Shown piece after piece: positions 8,733-19,138 of a stretch of DNA of 64,000 nt. The translations under genes were made by a program, and so were the position numbers. A model generated the notes under the pieces. It had not been told where the DNA came from, made no database searches, and worked only from the letters and a program-made list of their open reading frames with translations. Source of the stretch: Macrostomum lignano (taxonomy: Eukaryota); the NCBI GenBank assembly GCA_002269645.1, contig NIVC01001485.1, positions 1-64,000 on the forward strand, written 5' to 3'. Position 1 is the stretch's first letter. The number at the start of each line of letters is the position of its first letter.

Positions 8733-9507
8733 GGCTGCCGTCTGAACAGATTTCCAACCATTCCCTCCACTGTAGAACGGTTCTCTCAATTGATAAAAGT
8801 AAATACGCCGCTAGGAGCCCCCGGTTGCTGCTGCGCGCTTCGTAAAGACAGTTGAGATATGTGTCTCTATTTGCATACGCAAATGATACGGGTTCTGGCA
8901 GAATCCGGTTGATCAACTTTGATAATAACAACCTAGCAGTTCTACCATTGCCGTCGCTAAATGGGTGTATGGTGAGAAACTTTTCTAGGAAATATGCTCC
9001 TGTCACTACTGCATCACGCAAGATTTGTGGCTCTTTTATGTCTCTAGTTAATTTTACCAGCTGCCGTTCAATATTTTCTGGGGCACTGTAATACATACTC
9101 GCGCCTGCTGGCTTGGCGTGCTTAATTCTATACGATCCTGCATTCGGGAGCAGTCCTCTACACACGCGTGTGTGAACTTGTCTAACAAACTCTGTGTCAA
9201 TTAACCCCCTCGTGTCATTGAGGTGTTTTGCCGCACTCCATAGATTGGCTGTGACCATACAGGACCCGGTTTTTATCGCTTCTTCTGCTTCCTCCCAAGT
9301 CAACGCCACCTCTCTCTCCTCAATGTTTACTTCAGTTACGAATGCCAGCCGGGCTAGATACGTGAATTCTAAGCGCTCCTTTGCGGTCAATCCCTCGATT
9401 CTTTTCCTAGTGTCTGATAACAATCTTTCAATGAGGGGTAATCTGGCGCGCACGCTCTCGTTGCTGAAATAGGGGTTATCAGTTATACCCTCTTCCATGT
9501 TCTCCAT
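8728..9507 (-). CDS. Fic-domain protein (AMPylase-type)
   Basis: Complete canonical motif HPFSDGNGRTAR; IKHAKPAG flap region; EVNIEERE..LTWEE..EAIKTG resembles the N-terminal inhibitory helix of FICD-type proteins. Confidence 0.9.
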   Translation of the reverse strand: MENMEEGITDNPYFSNESVRARLPLIERLLSDTRKRIEGLTAKERLEFTYLARLAFVTEVNIEEREVALTWEEAEEAIKTGSCMVTANLWSAAKHLNDTRGLIDTEFVRQVHTRVCRGLLPNAGSYRIKHAKPAGASMYYSAPENIERQLVKLTRDIKEPQILRDAVVTGAYFLEKFLTIHPFSDGNGRTARLLLSKLINRILPEPVSFAYANRDTYLNCLYEARSSNRGLLAAYLLLSIERTVLQWREWLEICSDGSL

Positions 9508-9569
9508 ACAGAGGGTTTTGTACACTGCTTCTATTTATGGTTGCATTAACACGTTGCTCGCGGCCTGTC

Positions 9570-10251
9570 TGTCCCTCTGCAGCCTGGGGGGGCTCTCTAT
9601 CACTCACCGCCGGTCTGTCCCTCTACCACCCCGGCCTGGGGAAGCTCTCTGTCCCTCCGTGTGACTCACACTCCCTCTCTGTCCACGCCGCGTGCTGCGA
9701 CATGCCGGGGCAGCGCAGGGTGCCTCCACGCACTCTCTGTCCCAGCACCCCGTGTCTCTTTGTACCCCACCTCATACTGCTACAGGGGTCGCCTGTTATC
9801 TGTCCCCTGCTACAGGGGGATGGCGGCTCTCCACGCACTACCCCTCCTGCTACAGGGGCTGCTCTCTGTCCCCAGCTACAGGGCTGCTCTCTGTCCCCCG
9901 CATGGGGGGCCGGTTGCTCAGTGTACAGGGCTGCGTCAGCATCGGGGGTTTCCTTCCTACACTAACCGCGTGCACACGACATTGGTGGGAGGGGCGGGAA
10001 TCCCCCCGCCGGATGTACACCCGAGGGAGGCCCATGCGCTGAAGGTACACTCGCTGGACGCCCAGCCGGCCGGATGTACACTCGCGGGAGGCCCACCCCG
10101 CTGGAGGTACACTCGCTGGACACCCACCCCGCTGGAGGTACACCCCGGGGGAGGTGGTACACCCCGAGGGAGCACCTTGCCGCGGTGCTAGAGGCCGACA
10201 TCAGCCCGACGGACCTTCGCAAAATCGAGCCATTCGGAATCCCTTAGTAGT
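9570..10251. repeat. Right terminal inverted repeat of element A
   Basis: Mirror of 1..370 up to 9931; continues through GC-rich GTACAC repeats to terminus ...CCCTTAGTAGT (10251). Confidence 0.85.
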
Positions 10252-10469
10252 AGTGCTAATTTGCAAAGGGTATTGCTAATCTGGGTGAGCAGCGCTAATC
10301 GGGGAGAGCAGTGCTAATCTGACGCATATAATAAAATAATAAATATGTAAGGGAATTAAATTGAACTTGCAAGTTGCAGAAACATTTTAAATGGTTTCGA
10401 TTATCCAGAAGCAATATAGCCATAAGCAAAGATTAGTGCAATGTACAAAACAGTACTGGTGAACGATGA

Positions 10470-10920
10470 CTAAACTGCTGGTGAAGCATTGCTAAACTGC
10501 ATTGCTAAACTGCTGGTGAAGCATTGCTAAACTGCTGGTGAAGCATTTCTAAACTGCATTGCTAAACTGCATTGCTAAACTGCTGGTGAAGCATTGCTAA
10601 ACTGCTGGTGAAGCATTGCTAAACTGCTGGTGAAGCATTGCTAAACTGCATTGCTAAACTGCTGGTGAAGCATTGCTAAACTGCTGGTGAAGCATTTCTA
10701 AACTGCATTGCTAAACTGCATTGCTAAACTGCATTGCTAAATTGCTGGTGAAGCATTTCTAGACTGCATTGCTAAACTGCTGGTGAAGCATTTCTAAACT
10801 GCATTGCTAAACTGCTGGTGAAGCATTGCTAAACTGCTGGTGAAGCATTGCTAAACTGCATTGCTAAACTGCATTGCTAAACTGCATTGCTAAACTGCTG
10901 GTGAAGCATTGCTAAACTGC
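10470..10920. repeat. Minisatellite of interleaved 13-bp (GCATTGCTAAACT) and 22-bp (GCATTGCTAAACTGCTGGTGAA) units
   Basis: Directly visible tandem units; only a short version in copy 2 (~15110-15185). Confidence 0.9.
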
Positions 10921-11899
10921 AGAAAGCTATAGTGAAATATAGTTTTTTTTATTAAAAACTTCTTTTAAAGAGAAGAAAACGCAAAGGCAAGAAAAAACGA
11001 ACAAGAATCATCATGTCAATTATAAAAGAAGCGCCCTGTCGAAAGTAAAAGTCTCATTGGGAATTGCTAAGACTGTTAAGACTGCTAAGACTATTGCTAC
11101 GAGCATAATGCTGGTATGGCAAATTGCTGTGATATATCAATACTCATCGGAGGATTTATAAGATCTCAAGGCACAAGGGGAATTGCTATAATTGTCATTC
11201 TGGGGAGAATTGCTTTGATTTCAAGGTTCATTTGTGAAATTGCAGAAATAAATAGTTGAAATGCAAGTGCCAAGATATCAAAAGGTATCAAAAGTCACTC
11301 AATTTTCAGGCTCATGGGGAAATTACTAACATTTCCAAAGCTCATTGGGGAATTGCTGAAATTCTGCTGCAGGTTAAGGGTTAGGCTTAGGGTTCAATTA
11401 TAGAGCGATAGTCGTGTCAATCATTAATAATCCATCGAGGAATTGCTAAGATTAAATGCTCTTGGGGCGTATTATTTAAATGCTTTGGCTCTACGGGGAA
11501 TTACTGACAGGTCAAGGCTTCCGGTGAAATTTAGATTTAAAAGCTTATGAGGAAGTTACTTTAATGCTGAGGCTCAAGGCTCATTGTCGAAATTGCTAAC
11601 ATGCCAAGATTTTCTTATGGGTTAGGGTTAGAGGCTTAGGGTCAGTTTTGGTTCAATCATAGATTAACCGCTGTCAACCATCAATTAAAGACTTGCTAAG
11701 ATATCTAAGCTCATCGGGGAATAGCTGAGTTGTCAAGGCTTATAAGGGGATTGCTGAGTTATCAAGGCTTATAAGGGGATTGCTGAATTCTTGGGAGAGG
11801 GGAGTTGGGTTGTTGGGATGTCAAGGCTAATTACTGCGCTGGAAGAATTGCATAGATGTCGAGACTGGAGTTTAATTGCTGCGATGTCGAGGCTTAATG

Positions 11900-12225
11900 G
11901 GGTTATTCCTGAGATGTCAAGGCTTACTGGGGAATTTCTGAGATGTTAAGGCTTACTGGGGAAATGCTGAGATCTCAAGACTTACTGGGAAAAGTTTTCA
12001 GATCTCAGAGCTTACGGGGGGAATTGCTGAGATCTCAAGGCTTACTGGGGGAATTACTGGGATGTCAAGGCTTACTGGGGGGATTGCTGAGATGTCAAGG
12101 CTTACTGGGGAAATGCTGAGATCTCAAGGCTTACTGGGGGAATTGCTGATATGTCAAGGCTAACTGGGGGAATTGCTGAGATGTCAAGGCTTACGGGGGG
12201 AATTGCTGAGATGTCAAGGCTCATG
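11900..12225. repeat. 30-bp minisatellite (GGAATTGCTGAGATGTCAAGGCTTACTGGG)
   Basis: About 10 tandem units. Confidence 0.9.
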
Positions 12226-13701
12226 GACGATGGCTGAATTGTTGGGGGGGTGTTAGGTTGTTAGGCGATTGTCAGATAGTCAGGTAGTACGGCTCAAGTA
12301 GCTCATGTAATTTAGATAATGAAAAGTACACACAAGTGATGCTGCTTTCTGCTAATAGGAAATACCAGCGCATTTATTATAGGTTTGATCCTTTGATTTA
12401 GGCTAATAAAGAGAGAGGGTCTAAGACCGTCAAGGATTTGCATATTGAGCTCCTGTTGTGGATCAGAATATGCCCCGGCCAGTGACGATATTTACTAAGA
12501 GTTTGTGCTTGAAAGGATAAGCACTATTTTCTGCTTTAGAAAGGGTTTTGAGCTGATGAAGGAAACTTTTTGGCTAATGAAAGTTCTGATTCATTATAAT
12601 TTATTTTTTGCCACAATCAGAAAAGTTAATTTTTTATTAATGGAAATTAACATTTTGAATAATTATAGTAAGGTTAATCTTGTGCCAAAATAAAATCCAA
12701 TTGGTGTCATTTTCAAGGCTCCCCAGCGGGGGGCTAAATGGCTAGTCTAAATATACTAAATCTTCTAATCTAAATATACTAAATCTCTAAGCTTTGTATG
12801 TTTGAATGCTTGCTTGTCCATAACGCTCTAGAGATTGCAATTCTTCACCGATTTTGATCGCGTTTTCGCCAAAACATTCAAAATTGTCTGGAAAGAAGAC
12901 AGTTAAAATTTCTTTAATCTGCTTCAATGCTAAAGGGATTAAATATTCGAAAAACATGCTTTTTTGCAAAGGTCAAGCAGCTCTTTCGACTTGAAATGCG
13001 CTGTAAGAATGCTAGAGAAAAAACCGACTGACTGAATTCTGATTTTGATAAAGATTGCATCACAACAAGTTGAAAACACTGTGCCAAGTTGAAAGACAGA
13101 AATTGCGTAACCATATTGCTAACTTTAAATGAGACTGATGCTGACTGCCTGAGTATTTGATTATGTCATAGCTGCTTCGTGTGACTTTCACTCGAAGAGA
13201 ATTTGTGTTAGTATTCGTGTAACGCTCTAGAGATCGAACCGATTGACCAATTTTAATCGCGTTTTCACGAAAAGATTTGTAATTATCTGGAAAGAAGACA
13301 GTTAAAATTTCTTTAATTGGCTTTAATGCTAAAGGTATTAAATATTCGAAAAACGAGTTTTCCCAATGCTTTTAATGGTAGGGCAAACTTTGAATTCTTG
13401 ATTGGACTGGCTGAATTCCAATTCCAATTATGATTGCGCCATAACTTTTCTCTCTCCACTGTGTAAGCTTCAATACTGGTTGCAGTGTGCAAGGAGAAAA
13501 ATGCTCAGTGGCTGCGTGTGTACATTCTGACCCTGGCTGACTGGCGGACTCCATAGAAAATTGCTATTTATAGATTTCACTCAATCAACTGTGCATTGGC
13601 TCCGCCTGCACGCCTACACACTGAGCAGCCTATCACTGCTATGTATTTTAACTGCAGTTCTGAAGCATATATGGCTGATTTTGTTGTCCTCCCATCAATA
13701 G

Positions 13702-13780
13702 GCGGAGTAGCCGCAGTGTAGGCACTTAGGACTAGGTTTAGGCTAGACGTAAGGTCCAAGGTTCGAATCTGCCTCCCCGG
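13702..13780 (+). other. tRNA-like Pol III head (SINE or tRNA relic)
   Basis: Box A-like GTAGCCGCAGTGTAGG and box B GGTTCGAATC at tRNA spacing; arms do not pair well. Confidence 0.35.
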
Positions 13781-14923
13781 CGGATAATAAAAATTCAAAT
13801 AATTCAATAATTTATAGCTTGTGCCTGGACTAATTGAAACATTTTTTATTTAATTTCAATTGAAACATTTTTTTATTAATTAGCAATTCATTTTTTGCTA
13901 CTCGGCACAAGCCACTAATCAAATTTGATTTGTAAAAACTGCTTCGAGTATAACTGATCCCATCAATGGGTATTGTCTAGCTCCATAAAAGTACGAAATT
14001 ACTAAACTGCAGACAATGCTGCTAAATGCTGAGCTTTTCAAGACTGCCGATATGTATCGAAAATTGATTAGTGAGCCGTACAATTCTGAGCAAATTGCAG
14101 TTTGCAGAGGAGACTGAGGAGCCGGCCGAGAGGAGAACTGCAGGCTGCTGAGAGGATGACTGAAAATTGTTAATTGAACACTTGTAGACTGAAAATGAAA
14201 TGACTGCAGACTGCTGAGGGGAACTGCAGACTTTCGAAGGGATCATTGCAGATTGCAAAGGGGAAACAACTGCAAACTGCTGAGGTAGTTCCTCCAGACG
14301 TGTGAGCGTATAGCTGCAGACTGCTGAGAGGGAAAACTGCGGACTAATTAGAGGATAATGGCAGACTTCTGAGGCTTATAACTAACTATTGAGTTTTGAG
14401 TGGATATTTACTGTGGAAGATTAAGTACAAGTTGTTTAGGGGATTTCTGCGGCTGCTAAGTGAAATATTTTTGGCTAAGGGGACAATTCTATGCCGCTGA
14501 GGGTATGCATTCTTAATTTTAATAAAAGTTTTAAAATGCAAAGTGGATGATAAATGCCGGCTGCTAAGAAATAACTGCAGTCTTTTTGCGGGATTAGATG
14601 AAGGGATAATTTCAGGTTGTTGTGGGGATAAATGCCGATTTCCGGGGGTTAACTTCAAACGGCTGAAGTTGCTAAACTAGATTATTTCGACCACATGTCA
14701 AAAGGCACAATAGCCGCAGTAGGCAGGCAGTATCAAGCAGAAGCAAACAGAATGCTTTGATGTCAGCAGTTCGAGCCTGCATTGAAGCAGCGAATTTATC
14801 TTTGTGACCTGTGACAATAATGATTGCATCCTATGCAGATTCATGGAGATGTTAAACACGAAAATTTAAAGATACTTTTGCTGGGGCTGCGTTAGTCTTC
14901 TAGAGCAGTGCTAATCTGCTGTA

Positions 14924-17900
14924 AGTGCTAATTTGCAAAGGGTCTAATCTGGGTGAGCAGTGCTAATCTGACGTACAATGAATTAATAAATATGCAAGAG
15001 AATTGCAAATCAAATTTAAACTGCAAGTTGCAAACATTTCAAATGGCTTCGATTATTGAGAAGCATATGGAGATCAGTAGCCATCTGCTCCCAGATTTTG
15101 CGGAACAGTGCCGGTGAACCATTGCTAAATTGCTGGTGAACCATCGCTAAAGTGATGGTAAACCATTGCTAAAGTGATGGTAAACCACTGTAAGTTTTTA
15201 AAAAATGCTACTTTAAACAGAAGAAAACTCAACACAAGAAAAAGCGACAAAAGAATCATCATGTCAACCATAAAAGAAGCGGTCTGTCGAGAATAAAATA
15301 CTCAATGTGAATTGCTAAGATGTCAAGGCTTGTATGGAAAATTTCTGTGATATCAAGACTCATGGGAGAATTTCTAAGATCTCAAGGCTCAGCGGTAATT
15401 GCTATAATGATGTGATTCTGGGGAGAATCGCTTTGATTTCAAAGCTTAAGTTCAATTGCTGCGATGTCGATCTTAATGAGGGAATTTCTGAGATGTCAAG
15501 GCTTACTGGGGAATTATTGAGATTTCAAGGCTTACTGGGCCATGGGCCAGATCAAGGCCCATGAGAGAAATTCTGAGATGTCTTGTCAAGTCTCAGAGGG
15601 AAATTCCTATACTGATGTGATTCTGGGCAGAATTGCTTTGATTTCAAATTCCATTTGAGAAATTTCTGAGGTATCAAGGCTCATTAAAATTATTTGCTGT
15701 CAAGGCTCATGGAAATAATTTCTGGAATGCTGTGGCTCTTGAGGGAATTGCCGACATTGTTAGGGTAAGAGTAAGACGTAAACCATATAAATGAATAGGC
15801 CTGTCTAACATTAAATACTCATTGGGGAATTGCTAAGTTGTAAAGGCTCGTGGGGGTATCCGAATTATAATGTGGCTCAATGCTCAGGGGGATTGTTGTG
15901 ATTGCAGTACCTGCTCATAATGCCGAAATTTTGTGGCTCAAATAGGAGTTGCTGAGATATCAAGGCTCATTGGGGGAATAGCTGAGATTTCAAAGCTCAC
16001 GGGGGATCCCTGTAATGCTGTAGGCTGTGACTCTTGGGTATTGCTGAGATGCTAAGGTTCACGGGGGAATGACTGAGATTTCAAAGGCTCCTAAAGCGAA
16101 TAGCTGAAATTCACGAAATGTCAAGGTTCATTGGGTATTTGTTGAAATGCTGTGGTTTACGGTGGGAATTGCTGAAATGCTGTGACTTGGCAGGGTTAGT
16201 TTTCAACCATAAGACTCATGTGAAAGTGCCAAGATATCAAAAGGTTAGTCGCTAAAGTTTCATGCTCATGGGAAAATTGCTAAGATTTCAAAAGCTCATT
16301 GGGGAATTGCTGAAATTCTTGGGCTGAGAGGGGGAGTTGCTGAAATGCTGTGACTCGGCTGCAGGTTAAGGGTTAGGACTTGAGTTTAATTATAGAGCGA
16401 TCGTCGTGTCAATCATAAATGATTCATCAAGGAATTTCAAAGATTAAAGGGGCGAATTAGTTATATGCTTTGGCTCTTAGGGAATTGCTGACAGGTCAAG
16501 GCTTTCGGTGAAATTCAGATTACAAACCTTATGAGGAAGTTACTTTAATGCTGAGGCTCAAGACTCATAGTGGAAATTGCTAACATGCCAAGACTCACTT
16601 ATGGGTAGGTTTGGGGGCTTAGGGTCAGTTTTGGTTCAATCATAGATTAACCGCTGTCAACAATCAATTAAAGACTTGCTAAGATATCAAAGCTCATGGG
16701 GTATAGCTGAGTTATCAAGGCTTATAAGGGGATTGCTGAATTCTTGGGAGAGGGGAGTTGGGTTGTTGGGATGTCAAGGCTATAATTACTGCGCTGGGAG
16801 AATTGCTACAATGTCGAGGCTTAATGGGGAAACTGCTGAGATGTCAAGTCCTACTAAGAATTGCTGAGATGTCAAGGCCTACTGAGACGTCAAGGCTTAC
16901 TGGGGGAATTGCTGAGATGTCAAGGCTTACTGGGGGAATTGCTGAGATGTCAAGGCTTACTGGGGGAATTGCTGAGATGTCAAGGCTTACTGGGGGAATT
17001 GCTGAGATGTCAAGGCTTACTGGGGGAATTGCTGAGATGTCAAGGCTTACTGGGGGAATTGCTGAGATGTCAAGGCTTACTGGGGGAATTGCTGAGATCT
17101 CAAGCTTACTGGGGGAATTGCTGAGATGTCAAGGCTTACTGGGGGAATTGCTGAGATCTCAAGCTTACTGGGGAATTGCTGAGATGTCAAGGCTTACTGG
17201 GGGAATTGCTGAGATCTCCAAACTTACTGGGATAATTTCTGAGATCTCAAGGCTTACTGGGGGAATTCTGAGATGTCAAGGCTTACTGGGAATTGCTGAG
17301 ATCTCAAGGCTTACTGGGGGAATTGCTGAGATGTCAAGGCTTACTGGGGAATTCCTCAGACATCAAGGCTTACTGGGGGTATTGCTGAGATGTCAAGGCT
17401 TACTGGGGGTATTGCTGAGATGTCAAGGCTTACTGGGGGAATTGCTGAGATCTTAAAACTTACTGGGATAATTTCTAAGATTTTAAGGCTTACTGGGGGA
17501 ATTGCTGAGATGTCAAGGCTTACTGAGGGAATTGCTGAGATGTCAAGGCTTACTGGGGGAATTGCTGAGATCTCAAGGCTTACTGGGATAATTTCTGAGA
17601 TCTCAAGACTTACTGTGGAAGTTGCTGAGATGTCAAGGCTCATGGATGATGGCTGAATTTTTTTTGGGGGGGGGGTGTTAGGTTGTTGGGCGATTGTCAG
17701 ATAGTCGGGTAGTACGGCTCAAGTAGCTCATGTAATTCAGATACTGAAAAAGTACACACAAGTGATGCTGATTTCTGCTAATAGGAAATACCAGCGCATT
17801 TAATCCTTTGCGCTGGTTTGATCCTTTGATTTAGGCTAATATAGAGAGAGGGTCTAAGGGCGTCAGGGATTTGCATATTGAGCTCCTGCTGCGGATCAGA

Positions 17901-18280
17901 ATATGCCCCGGCCAGTGACGATATGCATCAAGAGTTTGTGCTTGAAAGGATAAGCACTATTTGCTGATTTAGAAAGGGTTTTGAGCTGATGAACGAAACT
18001 TTTTTGGCTAATAAAATTCGGATTGATGACAATTTATTTCTGCCAAAATGAGAAAAGGTAATTTTTGATTATTGGAAATCAAAATTTTGGATGATTATAG
18101 TAAGGTTACTCTTGTGCCAAAATAAAAACCAATTGGTGTCATTTTCAAGGCTCCCCAGAGGGGGGCTAAATGGCTTGTCCAAATATACTAAATCTCTAAG
18201 GTTTGTAGGCTTGAATGCTTGTCCATAATCCAAATATACTAAATCTCTAAGGTTTGTATGCTTGAATGCTTGTCCATAAT
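14924..18280. repeat. Dispersed host repeat, copy 2
   Basis: Colinear with 10252..12820, longer because of expanded 30-bp array. Confidence 0.75.
16860..17640. repeat. 30-bp minisatellite, expanded (~25 units)
   Basis: Produces the MSRLTGGIAE repeat ORFs. Confidence 0.92.
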
Positions 18281-19138
18281 TATATACTATACAACCTTCT
18301 CTGTTTGTACCGAGCTACATATATGTATGTATGTATGTCTTACTATAGTCCTTGTCCCATAACTAATTGGAGTCTATGTCGTATCAATCCGGATATTAAC
18401 TTTTCTATGAAATTCTTTATTTTGAACAAGTAAAAAACATTTTTGCTTAAGACACACAATGGAAACTGTTTATTAGCTGGCGTAATTCGACTGTATTTAG
18501 CAATTGCAATCATTGATCAGATTCATAAACTTATTTGAATTTTAGTTTGTAAACAGTACCTTTTGTTAAAACGTTTGGTTTGAGCTTTTCGTACACCAAT
18601 ACGAATTAACATCTAGAAAAAATTCAACAGCTAATATTCGGATACGTATTGTGAACATAGTGGCTATTCGCATGGTAGTCCCCATTGGTCTAATGAAAAA
18701 ATGGTTTCATTAAAACAAAAGTTAGTCTAAATCTTTGCATGAAGCCGCTTGCTTAAATTTTAGCTTTTTCAAATACCAAAAATTCCCTAGTTTCGCAAAT
18801 TATTATTAATATATACAAAGTTAAGTAGCTCGTGATTAAATTTCTACAATTTTTAATGTGAAATTTTCCGTTTGTAGGACTACCGTACGAATATTCACAA
18901 TCTTGAGTGATTAAACAGCATAATAAAAATATTAATAAAACGTTTAAAGTAATAAAAATATGGCTCATAGGAAAGAAAGGGATAGTACTTTCAATATTAT
19001 ATTAACTGACGAAGAAGTGCATTTTGATTCTGCAAAATTGATTTCTTTTCGTATCACCGATTTTAACTGTGAGCGTTTTCATAAATCTTTAAAAAGTTGT
19101 TGCTACTTGAACAATCACCGTAAATCAATCCGAGACAG

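Larger units (their letters stand above)
1..10251 (-). mobile_element. Element A: Polinton/adintovirus-like endogenous element (virion morphogenesis module + integrase, no pPolB); left end lies outside the window
   Basis: Inverted repeats at both ends (1..~370 vs ~9570..9931); 13 compact minus-strand genes incl. MCP, penton, protease, ATPase, rve integrase; right end ...CCCTTAGTAGT at 10251, after which sequence matches the host repeat copy at 14924. Confidence 0.92.
10252..12820. repeat. Dispersed host repeat, copy 1 (target of element A)
   Basis: Colinear similarity to 14924..18280 from AGTGCTAATTTGCAAAGGG through ..CTCCCCAG.GGGGGCTAAATGG.. Confidence 0.75.

Noticed and set aside
12718-12746. 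Hairpin plus CTAG resembling a Helitron 3' end (also ~18150 and ~25376)
   Set aside because: Homology between copies continues past the CTAG, so it is not the element boundary.
13702-13780. Functional tRNA gene
   Set aside because: Box A and B are present but acceptor, anticodon and T stems do not pair; kept only as a low-confidence relic.
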